From positions 20,015-84,014 of the forward strand of contig WJKP01000045.1 in assembly GCA_014729025.1 (NCBI GenBank): a stretch of DNA of 64,000 bases. Direction: 5' to 3'. This DNA comes from Candidatus Buchananbacteria bacterium (GTDB lineage Bacteria; Patescibacteriota; Patescibacteriia; CAIXNZ01). Below, one piece after another: positions 1 to 10,194 of the stretch. Positions within the stretch are counted from its first letter, which is position 1. Each line of letters begins with the position of its first letter. A program made the position numbers and the translations under genes. The notes under the pieces are model-generated. The model did no database searches. It saw only the letters and a program-made list of their open reading frames with translations, and was not told where the DNA came from.

Positions 1-2525
1 AGTATTTGATTTTGAATAACGCGTTTTAATGGACGAGCGCCAAATTGAGGATCAAAACCTTTTTCCGCCAAATATTTTTCCAATTCTTTGGTAAAATTAA
101 GTTTCATTTTCTTTTCAGCCAAACGTTCTTTAACCAAATGTAATTGCAAATCAATTATTTTAGTAATGTCTTTTTTGGATAACGGATGGAAAATAATTAT
201 TTCATCCAAACGATTCAAAAATTCCGGTTTAAAATGATTTTTCAACGCTTCATATACATTATCTTTTATTTCAGCTTCATCAACATTGGTTTTGGGACCG
301 GTTTTATCTTCAAAACCCAAAGCAACTTCTTTTAATAACTGGTTTCCCAGATTAGAAGTCATAATAATAATCGTATTTTTAAAATTAACCGAACGACCCT
401 TGGCATCAGTTAAATGACCGTCATCTAGTAATTGCAATAAAATATTAAAAACTTGCGGATGAGCTTTTTCTATCTCATCAAAAAGCACCACAGAATAAGG
501 TCGGCGACGCACTTGTTCGGTTAATTGTCCGCCTTCTTCATAACCAACATAACCAGGAGGAGAACCAATAAATTTGGAAACAGAATGCTTTTCCATATAT
601 TCTGACATATCAACCCGAATCATAGCCGATTCATCATTAAACATAAATTCAGCCAAAGCTTTGGCTAACTCCGTTTTACCGACACCGGTCGGCCCTAAGA
701 AAATAAAAGAACCAATTGGTCTATCTTCTTCAGCCACACCTGCTCTAGAACGACGTAACGCATTAGCAATTGATTTAATCGCTTCATCCTGGCCCACAAC
801 GCGTTTTCCTAATTCTTCTTCGGCTTTAACTAATTTTTCAGATTCGGTTTCTAGCATCTTGGAAACGGGAATACCGGTCCAGCGGGAAACAACACCAGCA
901 ATATCTTCTTCTGTCACTTCTTCTTTTAAAATCTTTTGCTCTTTTTGAATATTGGCTAATTTCTTCTCTAAATCCTTTATTTTCTTTTCAATTGTCGGGA
1001 TTTTGCCATACCGAATTTCAGCCACTTTTTCTAATTCAGCTTTTCTTTCCAAAATATCGGCTTCTTGTTTTAATGAATCAATTTGTTTTTTGGCTTCACG
1101 AATCTGCGTAATTATTTCTTTTTCATTTTTCCAATGCAGTTCAAGTTGCTTAGCCTCTTCCTGCAAATCATTTAATTCTTTATTTAATGATTTTAAATGT
1201 TCTTTTGATTCTTTTTCAGTTTCTTTACTTAAAGCGGCTTTTTCAATTTCTAATTGTTTAATTTTACGTTTAATTTTATCCAATTCTTCTGGCATTGAAT
1301 CAATTTCCATACGCAGGGAAGAGGTGGCTTCGTCAATTAAATCAACGGCTTTATCAGGTAAAAACCTGTCAGTAATATATCTTTGTGATAATTCAGCTGC
1401 TGCCAAAATCGCTGAATCAGTAATTCTGACACCATGATGAACTTCATATTTTTCTTTAATACCCCTTAAAATCGCAATCGTGTCTTCAGTACTTGGCTCC
1501 AAAACCATAACAGGTTGAAAACGTCTTTCCAACGCCGGGTCTTTTTCAATATATTTTTGATATTCTTTTAAAGTTGTCGCGCCAATCGCATGCAAGTTAC
1601 CCCTTGCCAAAGCCGGTTTTAACATATTGGACGCATCCATTGAACCTTCAATTGCACCAGCGCCAACTACAGTATGTAATTCATCAATAAATAAAATGAT
1701 CTGGCCGTCAGAATTCTCGACCTCTTTTAAAACCGCTTTTAAACGATCCTCAAATTCACCACGAAACTTAGTCCCAGCCAAAAGTGAACCAATATCCAAA
1801 GCTATAACTTCTTTATTTTTTAAAGTTTCCGGCACATCACCAGCCACAATACGTTGAGCCAAACCTTCAACTATAGCTGTCTTACCAACCCCGGCTTCAC
1901 CGATTAAAACCGGATTATTCTTGGTTCGGCGTGATAAAACTTGCATTACCCGGCGAATCTCATCATCACGACCAATCACCGGATCTAATTTTTCTTGTCG
2001 GGCTTGTTCAGTCAAATTTTGGGCATATTTTTCCAAAACCTGAAATTTTGATTCCGGCTCTGGATCAGTTACTCTAGCTGAACCCCTTAATTCTTTTAAA
2101 ATTTTTAAAACTTGTTCATGTGAAATATCAAAAGAATCCAGCAAATTTTTAACCCTGGACTTGGTATTTAACATTGATAAAAAAATATGCTCAGTTGAAA
2201 TATATTCATCTTGTAAATCTTTGGCTTCTTTTTCCGCACCAGCCAATAACTTAGCCAAATCTTCTGTTAAAAACATTTGCGCATAATTTAATTCAACCTT
2301 ACTTTTGGCCAATCCTTCAATTTGCTGAGCAATCTGATTTTTTAATTCAGCTATTTCAATCTCTAATTTCTTCAAAATAGTTAAAACCAGACTATCTTCC
2401 TGCAAAAGCAAAGCGGCCATCAAATGAAGACCATCGACTTGCTGATTTTGTGAATCAGCCGCAAGTTGCTGAGCCTGACGCAAAGCTTCTTGAGATTTTG
2501 TAGTAAATTTATTTATATTAAACAT
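1..2525 (-). CDS. clpB: ATP-dependent chaperone ClpB (AAA+ disaggregase). The C-terminal ~20 aa lie beyond the window edge.
   Basis: Minus-strand translation starts [26 protein letters not shown] (Clp N domain). Two AAA+ modules are present. A long coiled-coil M-domain ([29 protein letters not shown]...) is typical of ClpB rather than ClpA/C. The ATG is at 2523-2525 (cat on the + strand). The + strand ORFs 574-1857 are antisense artefacts. Confidence 0.9.
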   Translation of the reverse strand, partial: MFNINKFTTKSQEALRQAQQLAADSQNQQVDGLHLMAALLLQEDSLVLTILKKLEIEIAELKNQIAQQIEGLAKSKVELNYAQMFLTEDLAKLLAGAEKEAKDLQDEYISTEHIFLSMLNTKSRVKNLLDSFDISHEQVLKILKELRGSARVTDPEPESKFQVLEKYAQNLTEQARQEKLDPVIGRDDEIRRVMQVLSRRTKNNPVLIGEAGVGKTAIVEGLAQRIVAGDVPETLKNKEVIALDIGSLLAGTKFRGEFEDRLKAVLKEVENSDGQIILFIDELHTVVGAGAIEGSMDASNMLKPALARGNLHAIGATTLKEYQKYIEKDPALERRFQPVMVLEPSTEDTIAILRGIKEKYEVHHGVRITDSAILAAAELSQRYITDRFLPDKAVDLIDEATSSLRMEIDSMPEELDKIKRKIKQLEIEKAALSKETEKESKEHLKSLNKELNDLQEEAKQLELHWKNEKEIITQIREAKKQIDSLKQEADILERKAELEKVAEIRYGKIPTIEKKIKDLEKKLANIQKEQKILKEEVTEEDIAGVVSRWTGIPVSKMLETESEKLVKAEEELGKRVVGQDEAIKSIANALRRSRAGVAEEDRPIGSFIFLGPTGVGKTELAKALAEFMFNDESAMIRVDMSEYMEKHSVSKFIGSPPGYVGYEEGGQLTEQVRRRPYSVVLFDEIEKAHPQVFNILLQLLDDGHLTDAKGRSVNFKNTIIIMTSNLGNQLLKEVALGFEDKTGPKTNVDEAEIKDNVYEALKNHFKPEFLNRLDEIIIFHPLSKKDITKIIDLQLHLVKERLAEKKMKLNFTKELEKYLAEKGFDPQFGARPLKRVIQNQI

Positions 2526-2630
2526 AATTAAATAAAAATAATTATTATTGAAATTAGAATACCAGTTAAGCAAATAATCACTTATTTATGTAAAAAAATT
2601 TATTTAACTAGCCTTCAAACAACGACTAAT

Positions 2631-2657
2631 TTAGCACTCACCATCAAAGAGTGCTAA
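2631..2657. promoter_or_regulatory. CIRCE operator (HrcA binding site), a perfect TTAGCACTC-N9-GAGTGCTAA inverted repeat about 105 bp upstream of the clpB start
   Basis: The sequence ttagcactc accatcaaa gagtgctaa matches the CIRCE consensus exactly, with 9-bp arms and a 9-nt spacer. Confidence 0.8.
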
Positions 2658-2695
2658 ATTAATTATATTAAACAAAAAAAAGAATGTCAAGTATT

Positions 2696-2796
2696 AAAAA
2701 AAACGCCCTTGTCCTCAAATGTCATTCTAAACTTAATGAAAGATCTGTAAATTCGCAGATTCTTTGTTTTGCTCGGAATAACAAGGGGCGTTTTTA
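2696..2796 (-). terminator. Intrinsic terminator of the radical SAM gene with an unusually long (67-nt) interior that contains its own hairpin
   Basis: The arms aaaaacgcccttgt (2698-2712) and acaaggggcgttttt (2781-2795) are inverted repeats. On the minus strand the 3' arm is followed by U9. The inner hairpin atctg-taaattcg-cagat lies at 2743-2760. The element abuts the stop codon at 2794-2796. Confidence 0.5.
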
Positions 2797-3816
2797 TTTT
2801 AAAATTAATTCAATCTGCTCACCACATTCAGGGCACTTACTTTTTTTATCAAAACTATCAATATCATAACCGGTTCGTCTAATTATTAATTCACCGCATT
2901 TGGGACAATATGTATTTTCATGAACATCAGAAACAATATTACCGCCATAAACATATTTCAAACCAGCCTCTTTACCTAATTTATAAGCCTTATAAATCAA
3001 TTTTTCTTTGGTAGAATCTTGATCCTGCATTTTATACTGCGGAAAAAAACGAGAAACGTGCCAAGGAGTTTCCGGTCCCAAGTAATTTTTAATAAATTTG
3101 GCAATAGCTAATATCTCTTTATCAGAATCATTTAAGCCTGGGATTATCAGGGTAGTGACCTCCAGCCAAATTTTTTTTCTATTTAAAAATTTCAAATTTT
3201 CTAAAATTGGCTGCAGCTTTGCCCCACAAATTTTTAAATAGGTTTCATTATTAAAAAATTTCAAATCAATATTAATGGCATCAAGATAAGGAAGTATTTT
3301 AGAACAAGCTTTTTGAGTTATATAACCATTAGAAACCCAAACATTTTTCAAACCATGTTTTTTAGCCAATTTCATGCAATCAAGGGCAAATTCGGCATAA
3401 ATTGTTGGTTCTGTATAAGTATAAGCTATTGACTCACAGCCGGCTACTTTAGCTTTGGCAATAATTTCTTTAATTTCCATTTGCTTGCCAGGCAATGAAT
3501 TCTCATCTTTTAATCGCTCATTGATAGGATATTGAGAAATATCAGCGTTTTGACAATGCTGACAACGAAAATTACAGCCTACCGTGGCAATTGAATAGCT
3601 TAAACTGCCGGGCATAAAATGAAATAATGGTTTTTTTTCAATCGGATCAATATTTTCAGCAATCACTTTACCATAAACTAAAGAATAAAGCCGGCCATTA
3701 ATATTTTTTCGCACACCACAAAGCCCCGCTTTCCCTTTATCAATTAAACAATAATGGTTGCAAAGCTGACATTGAATTTTATTATTTTTTGATTGCCAAA
3801 ATCGCGCTAATTTCAT
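2794..3816 (-). CDS. AmmeMemoRadiSam-system radical SAM enzyme (AmrS-like) with N- and C-terminal zinc-ribbon motifs
   Basis: The N-terminus carries CQLCNHYCLIDKGKAGLCGVRKN. The radical SAM Cx3Cx2C motif is in GCNFRCQHCQNADIS, and PIEKKPLFHFMPGS is typical of the AmrS family. The C-terminus carries CPKCGELI...CPECGEQ. Confidence 0.8.
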   Translation of the reverse strand: MKLARFWQSKNNKIQCQLCNHYCLIDKGKAGLCGVRKNINGRLYSLVYGKVIAENIDPIEKKPLFHFMPGSLSYSIATVGCNFRCQHCQNADISQYPINERLKDENSLPGKQMEIKEIIAKAKVAGCESIAYTYTEPTIYAEFALDCMKLAKKHGLKNVWVSNGYITQKACSKILPYLDAINIDLKFFNNETYLKICGAKLQPILENLKFLNRKKIWLEVTTLIIPGLNDSDKEILAIAKFIKNYLGPETPWHVSRFFPQYKMQDQDSTKEKLIYKAYKLGKEAGLKYVYGGNIVSDVHENTYCPKCGELIIRRTGYDIDSFDKKSKCPECGEQIELILK

Positions 3817-3829
3817 ATACTTTCATTAT

Positions 3830-4387
3830 ATGACAAAACGCTTGTTTTTAGCAATAAATATACCGCCAGTAATAAAAAATCAGCTAACTGAACTTATTTT
3901 AAAATTACAAAAAAATAATAAAAATAAACCAATTAAGTGGGTTGCTCCTAAAAATCTTCATTTAACTTTACATTTTTTAGGTTCAGTCCCAGAACAAAAA
4001 ATCCCAGCCATTAATCGAGCAATAGAACCGATTGTAGCAAAATTTCCAATTTTAAACTTTGCCCTTTCCAACTCCATCAATTCTTTTCCTGACCTTAATA
4101 ATCCAAAAGTGATTTTTCTGGAAATTAAAGAATTAAACGACGGACAAACAATTAAATTACAGAAAAAAATAGGCGAGAGTTTAGCGCAATTAGGCTTTAA
4201 AATAGATAAAAGGCCGTTTCATTTACATTTAACTTTGGGTCGTGTCAAATTTAAAACTACTGTTCAAATACCTAATCTTCAATATCCAAACTCAAATTTT
4301 CAAATAGATTCAATTGATCTTATGGAAAGTCAAATAACTCTGCAAGGACCAATTTATTCTATAATTAAACAATATAATTTAGTATAA
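3830..4387 (+). CDS. thpR: RNA 2',3'-cyclic phosphodiesterase / 2'-5' RNA ligase family (2H phosphoesterase)
   Basis: Two H-x-T/S-x motifs (HLTLHFLG and HLHLTLGR) sit in a ~185-aa protein. Its start lies 13 bp from the divergent radical SAM start. Confidence 0.7.
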   Translation: MTKRLFLAINIPPVIKNQLTELILKLQKNNKNKPIKWVAPKNLHLTLHFLGSVPEQKIPAINRAIEPIVAKFPILNFALSNSINSFPDLNNPKVIFLEIKELNDGQTIKLQKKIGESLAQLGFKIDKRPFHLHLTLGRVKFKTTVQIPNLQYPNSNFQIDSIDLMESQITLQGPIYSIIKQYNLV

Positions 4388-4394
4388 TTAAATT

Positions 4395-5813
4395 ATGAGA
4401 AAAATATTACTTTGCTTAATTATAAGTTTAATCTTGCCGGCACAGGCAATTGCCCAAGAAACAACCAATGATAATATGATCACCAGACCAATGATACGCA
4501 TTTTAAATTCTGAAAATTTTACCTTAGAATATGAATTTTATCCATTTTCAGAAGACTCAACAGCCCAAGGCGCTAATATTGCTACTGCTGACTTAAATAA
4601 TGACGGTTACAAAGAAATAATAGTAGCCACTGGCCGAAATGAAAAACCTTGGGTAAAAATATTTAATCATCTTGGTAAATTTCAATATCAATTTTTAGCC
4701 TATGCCGAGACTTTTCAAAAAGGCTTTAAGATAATCACTGCTGATTTATATAATGATGGTTCGCCTGAAATAATTACTGCGCCTAATGAAGGCGGTGGGC
4801 CACAAATCAGAATTTTTGATAATCTTGGTTTTGCTTATTTTAGTTTTTTTGCTTTTGATGAAAGCCTAAGGGGTGGCGCCAATGTTTCAGTCGGTGATGT
4901 CAATGGGGACAGCCAACCAGAAATAATAGTTGGTGCTGGTTATGACCAAGAACCAATCATTAAAATCTTTGATAATTACAGCAATTTTATAAAAGCCTTT
5001 TATACTTATGACGATAGTTTTAAAGGTGGTATTTCGGTTTTAGCGGCTGATTTAAATAAGGACAAAACCGCTGAAATAATTACTGCGCCTTATATTGAAA
5101 AAGAACCAATGATCAGAATTTTTGATTATGACGGTAATTTAATTAATCAATTCATTGCTTATCCTCAAGGCTTTTGGGGCGGAGTTAACTTAGCCAAAAG
5201 TGATGTTGATCGGGACGGTTATTTAGAAATTTTAACCGGCGCCGGTTATAGTGGGGGGGCTCATTTAAGATTTTTTAATAAAGAGGGCATTCCTAAAATT
5301 AACCCAACTTTATTTATTTTTGATAATTTTAAAGGCGGTATTTCCATTGCTGACGGTGACATTAATAATGACGGCCAAACAGAAATATTAGCCGCGACAC
5401 AAATAATTTCACCAATTGATAAATATGATTCTTACAAATCTATTGAAATTGATATTAATCAGCAAAAATTATTTACTTATTTTAAAGGCCAGCCAGTCAA
5501 AGAATTTTGGGTATCAACAGGCACCTGGAAATTCCCAACACCCTTGGGTGAATATAAAATTTATGCCAAGGTTCCCAGTACAAATATGACCGGTTATTAT
5601 GGTTTTAATCATCCTGATAACTATGAACTGGCTAATGTACCGCATGTTATGCCTTTTTATAAAAATTATGCTATCCATGGTGCTTACTGGCATTGGAATT
5701 TTGGTACCAGAGTCAGCCATGGCTGTGTTAATTTAAAATTACCAGATGCAGAATGGTTATATAATTGGTCTCATATTGGCACACCTGTAAAAATTCATTA
5801 TTCAGCTCAATGA
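4395..5813 (+). CDS. Secreted FG-GAP/VCBS-like repeat protein with a C-terminal L,D-transpeptidase (YkuD) domain
   Basis: A signal peptide MRKILLCLIISLILPAQA is present. About 6 repeats of the form AD(L/V)N(N/G)DG..EII.A are visible. The C-terminus carries ...GTRVSHGCVNLKLPDAEWLYNW, the YkuD catalytic His/Cys. Confidence 0.7.
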   Translation: MRKILLCLIISLILPAQAIAQETTNDNMITRPMIRILNSENFTLEYEFYPFSEDSTAQGANIATADLNNDGYKEIIVATGRNEKPWVKIFNHLGKFQYQFLAYAETFQKGFKIITADLYNDGSPEIITAPNEGGGPQIRIFDNLGFAYFSFFAFDESLRGGANVSVGDVNGDSQPEIIVGAGYDQEPIIKIFDNYSNFIKAFYTYDDSFKGGISVLAADLNKDKTAEIITAPYIEKEPMIRIFDYDGNLINQFIAYPQGFWGGVNLAKSDVDRDGYLEILTGAGYSGGAHLRFFNKEGIPKINPTLFIFDNFKGGISIADGDINNDGQTEILAATQIISPIDKYDSYKSIEIDINQQKLFTYFKGQPVKEFWVSTGTWKFPTPLGEYKIYAKVPSTNMTGYYGFNHPDNYELANVPHVMPFYKNYAIHGAYWHWNFGTRVSHGCVNLKLPDAEWLYNWSHIGTPVKIHYSAQ

Positions 5814-6994
5814 AAAAAATCTATATTTTAGGCACAAAAATTAATGACTTATCCCTGAATGAAGTTATTAATCAAATCAAACATCATTTAAATAATAATG
5901 GGGAAAAAGGCTATATTGTTACGCCAAATCCTGAAATTTGTTTAATTGGCTATAAAAACAAAAAATTCCGCAGGATTTTAAAAGATTCTTTTATTTCCAT
6001 ACCTGATGGTTTTGGTTTAAAATTAGCTGCGCCTTTATGGGGTAATTTTTTAAACAACAGAACTACTGGTATTGATTTAACTAAGCAACTGTTAAAATTT
6101 GCTGGAAAAAATAATTATTCAGTTCTTTTACTGGGTGGCAAACAAAAAATTGGCCTAAAAGCCTTGAAAAATATAAACAAAAAACATCCCAATCTAACCA
6201 TTCAATATATTGATGGCGGTAATTTTAATCAAAAAGGTGAATCTGACAAGCTTAATTTAATTTCACAAATAAATGATCTAGCTCCTGATATTATTCTGGT
6301 TAACCTGGGCGCGCCAAAACAAGAATTTTTCATGGCTAAAAATATTGATAAATTAAATACAAAATTAATGCTAGGAGTAGGGGGGAGTATTGACTTTATT
6401 GCCGGAGAAATTAAAAGAGCGCCGCAAATTTGGCGTAAAATTGGTTTGGAATGGTTATGGCGTTTAATCCAAGAACCCAGGCGCTGGCCAAGGATAATAA
6501 ATGCTGTTATAATATTCCCATTAGCTTGTATTTATTTCAGAATTCACAGTCAATTATTTTACAGAAAAAATGTGGCTGGTTTTATTATTAATGATGATAA
6601 AAAAATATTAGTTGCAAAACACGCTAATAATAATTACTGGCAATTGCCACAAGGTGGGGCTAAAAACTCAAAATCGAAACAAGAATTACAAAAAGCTATT
6701 TTAAGAGAAATGAAACAAGAACTTGGTACTGATAAATTTAAAGTAATTAAAATGTTAAAAAATTGTTATAAATATAAGTGGCCCAAAACTGATAAAGATT
6801 TTGATCATTTTAAAGGCCAAAAACAAACCTTATTTTTATTAAAATTTACAGGCAATAACAATGATATAAAACTGGACCCTCGTGAACATAATCAGTGGCA
6901 ATGGGTTAATAAAAATAAAATATTAAATTTAGTGCCCGATTTTAAAAAAAACTTAATTAAAATTGGGCTCAAAAATTTTAAAAATTATCTATAA
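5810..6994 (+). CDS. WecB/TagA/CpsF-family glycosyltransferase (GT26) fused to a C-terminal NUDIX hydrolase domain
   Basis: The N-terminal MKKIYILGTKINDLSLNEVINQI...ITPNPEI...DGFGL resembles UDP-ManNAc(A) transferases. The C-terminus carries a Nudix box GGAKNSKSKQELQKAILREMKQELG. The ATGA overlap with the upstream stop suggests the start is at 5810. Confidence 0.6.
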   Translation: MKKIYILGTKINDLSLNEVINQIKHHLNNNGEKGYIVTPNPEICLIGYKNKKFRRILKDSFISIPDGFGLKLAAPLWGNFLNNRTTGIDLTKQLLKFAGKNNYSVLLLGGKQKIGLKALKNINKKHPNLTIQYIDGGNFNQKGESDKLNLISQINDLAPDIILVNLGAPKQEFFMAKNIDKLNTKLMLGVGGSIDFIAGEIKRAPQIWRKIGLEWLWRLIQEPRRWPRIINAVIIFPLACIYFRIHSQLFYRKNVAGFIINDDKKILVAKHANNNYWQLPQGGAKNSKSKQELQKAILREMKQELGTDKFKVIKMLKNCYKYKWPKTDKDFDHFKGQKQTLFLLKFTGNNNDIKLDPREHNQWQWVNKNKILNLVPDFKKNLIKIGLKNFKNYL

Positions 6995-6997
6995 AAT

Positions 6998-7348
6998 ATG
7001 CCAAATTTAGAAAAATTAGAAAATTCAAATAAATATAAGCCTAATTTTAACAATTTACAAGAAATAGCCGAAGCTGATGAAGCACAAAAATTATCTGATA
7101 AGGAATTACTTTTAGAAATAGCCAAACAAAAATATATAAAAGGTCAGGGAACCATTGAATTAATGAAAAAATTAAAAGATTCTCCTGCTGATACTCAAAA
7201 ACGGCTCAAAGAATTTATTAGTATTGTTGCCTTAACTGACTTACCCGAAGAAGAAATTATGACAGCCTTAGAAAATAAAAACAATAAAGACGAAATATTA
7301 GAATCAATTAATTTAATTGAAAAATTCAAGAAAAAAATAAATCATTAA
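6998..7348 (+). CDS. hypothetical acidic protein
   Basis: It is a 116-aa ORF tightly packed between the GT-NUDIX gene and gltX. No motif is recognised. Confidence 0.45.
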   Translation: MPNLEKLENSNKYKPNFNNLQEIAEADEAQKLSDKELLLEIAKQKYIKGQGTIELMKKLKDSPADTQKRLKEFISIVALTDLPEEEIMTALENKNNKDEILESINLIEKFKKKINH

Positions 7349-7350
7349 TT

Positions 7351-8859
7351 ATGAATGAAATTAAAACCAGATTTGCTCCCAGCCCAACCGGATTTTTGCA
7401 TGTTGGGGGACTTAGAACAGCTTTGTATAATTTTTTATTTGCCCAAAAAAACAAAGGTGAATTTTTACTTAGAATTGAAGATACTGATCAGACTCGTTTA
7501 GTACCTGGCTCTGACCAGCAAATAATTGACTTATTAGATAAATTTAAATTAAAAAGAGATAACAATAAAATTATTTACCAATCTCAAAGATTGGATATTT
7601 ATAAGCAATACGCCGAACAACTAGTTGATTCGGGCAATGCTTATTATTGTTTTTGTCAAGAATCAAGCTTGAACAAAATCCGTGAACAACAAAAAAAAGA
7701 CAAACAACCACCGGGTTATTGGGGGCCTTATCGCCAATGTCATAAATTATCAATTGAAGAAGTTAAAAAAAGAATTGCTAATAACGAATCCTATGTTATC
7801 AGATTTAAAATGCTACCTAATAATAACGAGCTAAAACAAAAAGATGCACCGTCCCAATGGACTGATAAAATTCACGGTAATATTGCTGTTAGCATGGAGC
7901 ACCAAGATGATTTTGTCATGATTAAAAGTGATAGCTATCCAACTTATAATTTTGCCAATGTAATTGATGACTATAAAATGGGAATCACCCATGTCATCAG
8001 AGGTGAAGAATTCTTATCCAGCACAATCAAACATATCAAACTTTACAAAGCTCTTGACTGGCAATTACCAACCTTTGCTCATTTGCCATTATTATTAAAC
8101 CCGGATAAATCAAAATTAAGCAAAAGACAAAATGATGTCGCAGTGGAAGAATATTTAAAACAAGGTTATTTACCAGCCACTTTAATTAATTTTATTGCTT
8201 TATTGGGCTGGAATCCTGGTTCTGGCAGCACTGAGGAATTTTTTAATTTGCCAGAATTAATCAACGATGATTTTAATTTTAGTCAAGGCCAAATTAAAAA
8301 TTTGATTAATGAATTTTCTTTAGACAAAATCAATAAATCAGGCGCCGTCTTTGATCTTGAAAAATTAGACTGGCTTAATGGCTGGTATATTCGTAATTTA
8401 AAGTTCAATAAATTAGTTGATTTATGTAAACCTTACTTATCTCAAATAAAAAACCGGGGATTATTGGAAAAGATTATTCACATTGAACGTGAACGAATCA
8501 AAAAAATATCTGATATTAGCCAAAATATTGACTTCTTTTATAAAGAAAAAATTGATTATAAACCAGAATTATTAATCTGGAAAAAATCAAATAAAAAAGA
8601 AACATTGGAAAATCTGGTAAGGCTAGAGGATTTTTTAATAACTTTAAAAAATCAAGATTTTGATAAAATTGAAAATTTGGAAACTAAAATAACCGATTGG
8701 ATCAAAAAAAATAATTACGGGGTAGGGGACATACTTTGGCCAATGAGAGTTGCTTTATCAGGCCAGCAAAATTCACCAAATCCTTTTGAAATTGCCTGGG
8801 TTTTTGGTAAGAAAAAAACAATTCAAAGGCTTAATAAAGCTCAAAATAAACTAAAGTAA
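7351..8859 (+). CDS. gltX: Glutamyl-tRNA synthetase
   Basis: The HIGH region is RFAPSPTGFLHVGGLRTALYN and the KMSKS-type motif is KLSKR. Length is 502 aa. Confidence 0.9.
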   Translation: MNEIKTRFAPSPTGFLHVGGLRTALYNFLFAQKNKGEFLLRIEDTDQTRLVPGSDQQIIDLLDKFKLKRDNNKIIYQSQRLDIYKQYAEQLVDSGNAYYCFCQESSLNKIREQQKKDKQPPGYWGPYRQCHKLSIEEVKKRIANNESYVIRFKMLPNNNELKQKDAPSQWTDKIHGNIAVSMEHQDDFVMIKSDSYPTYNFANVIDDYKMGITHVIRGEEFLSSTIKHIKLYKALDWQLPTFAHLPLLLNPDKSKLSKRQNDVAVEEYLKQGYLPATLINFIALLGWNPGSGSTEEFFNLPELINDDFNFSQGQIKNLINEFSLDKINKSGAVFDLEKLDWLNGWYIRNLKFNKLVDLCKPYLSQIKNRGLLEKIIHIERERIKKISDISQNIDFFYKEKIDYKPELLIWKKSNKKETLENLVRLEDFLITLKNQDFDKIENLETKITDWIKKNNYGVGDILWPMRVALSGQQNSPNPFEIAWVFGKKKTIQRLNKAQNKLK

Positions 8860-8876
8860 TATTTAAGTATTCCACA

Positions 8877-8904
8877 AAAGACAGCTTTTTTAAAAAGCTG
8901 TCTT
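8877..8904 (+). terminator. Intrinsic terminator downstream of gltX
   Basis: A perfect palindrome aaagacagcttttt/aaaaagctgtcttt is followed by a T-rich tract. A tataat -10 box at 8920-8925 precedes the next gene. Confidence 0.6.
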
Positions 8905-8936
8905 TTATCTTAAAAATATGTTATAATATAAGTAAG

Positions 8937-10172
8937 ATGAAAAAAACAAAAAAATTAATTTTTCTGTTAATTTTATGCTTATTGATTTTAAGCTGCAATT
9001 TTAGCGTTGCCTCAGAAACAAATTATGATTTATATTCTGATGATTCAGAAATTCAAGATCTGAATCAAAAAATCAAAAATAATCAAAATAAAATAGAAAA
9101 TTTAAAAAAAGCTACTGAAGAATATGCGCAAAAAATTGAAGAATACAGAGATAAGGCTGCTTCTTTAAAAAATCAAATTTCTTTACTGGATAATCAAATC
9201 TTAAAATTAGAATTGGATATAAAAACAACACAATTGCAAATAGATAAAATAAAACTGGAAATAGAATCAATGGAATTTCAAATTGATAAAGAAGAAAAAG
9301 ATATTGAACTGCAAAAAAATAATTTAATTGAATATATTAAATTAATAGATCAAACTGATCAAAAATCATATTTAGAAATTTTAATTCTTAATAATTCGTT
9401 TGCTGAATTTTTCAACCAATTAAATTATTTGGAGGAAATTCAAAATAATATTAAAAATTCTGTTGATCGGCTTAAATTATTAAAGGAGGCGATTGAAGTT
9501 CAAAGAGCTGATAAAGTAACTCGTCAAGAAGAATTAGAAGAGCTAAAACAAGAGCAGGAGGCACAAGAAGAAAAATTAAAACAAGAAAACAAAGCTAAAG
9601 AAATTTTACTTCTAGAAACAAAATCTTCAGAAATTCAATTTGAAAGACTTTTGGTTGAAACCAGGCAAAGGCAAGAAGCTATTGGTACTGACATTGTTGA
9701 CATTAAACATAAAATTGAAGACCGGATAGAAAGACTAAGAAGTGGTAGTACCTCACCAAAAACAACTTTGCTTAGCTGGCCAATTCCTGCCCCTCATACT
9801 GTAACGGCTTATTTTCATGACCCTGATTATCCTTATCGTTATATTTTTGAACATCCGGCTATTGATTTAAGAGCCAGTCAAGGCACAGCCATTACAGCCC
9901 CGGCACCTGGCTATGTCGCTAGAATTAAAGATGCAGGCTATGGCTATAGTTATATAATTTTGATTCATGATAATAATATTTCTACAGTCTATGGTCATGT
10001 CAGTGCCATGTATGTTACTGAAGACACTTTTGTTGACACAGGTGATGTTATTGGTTTAACAGGCGGAATGCCCGGTACGCTAGGCGCTGGTAATTTGTCA
10101 ACCGGACCTCATTTGCATTTTGAAGTTAGATTAAACGGTATTCCTGTAAATCCTTTGGAATATTTGCCTTAA
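8937..10172 (+). CDS. Secreted coiled-coil M23 (LytM/EnvC-like) metalloendopeptidase
   Basis: A signal peptide is followed by a long heptad coiled coil (QDLNQKIKNNQNKIENLKK...). The C-terminal M23 motifs are HPAIDL (HxxxD) and GPHLHFEVR (HxH). Confidence 0.8.
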   Translation: MKKTKKLIFLLILCLLILSCNFSVASETNYDLYSDDSEIQDLNQKIKNNQNKIENLKKATEEYAQKIEEYRDKAASLKNQISLLDNQILKLELDIKTTQLQIDKIKLEIESMEFQIDKEEKDIELQKNNLIEYIKLIDQTDQKSYLEILILNNSFAEFFNQLNYLEEIQNNIKNSVDRLKLLKEAIEVQRADKVTRQEELEELKQEQEAQEEKLKQENKAKEILLLETKSSEIQFERLLVETRQRQEAIGTDIVDIKHKIEDRIERLRSGSTSPKTTLLSWPIPAPHTVTAYFHDPDYPYRYIFEHPAIDLRASQGTAITAPAPGYVARIKDAGYGYSYIILIHDNNISTVYGHVSAMYVTEDTFVDTGDVIGLTGGMPGTLGAGNLSTGPHLHFEVRLNGIPVNPLEYLP

Positions 10173-10194
10173 TTATAAAAATATAAAAAAAATA

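Noticed and set aside
574-1857. Three + strand ORFs (574-948, 952-1437, 1627-1857) in the ORF track
   Set aside because: They lie antisense inside the clearly conserved minus-strand clpB reading frame. Their products are low-complexity with no motifs.
2696-2796. Possible tRNA or tRNA-like element suggested by the ~95-nt GC-containing inverted repeat
   Set aside because: No T-loop (GTTCRANYC), D-loop or 7-bp acceptor/CCA geometry could be found on either strand. It fits a long-loop terminator better.
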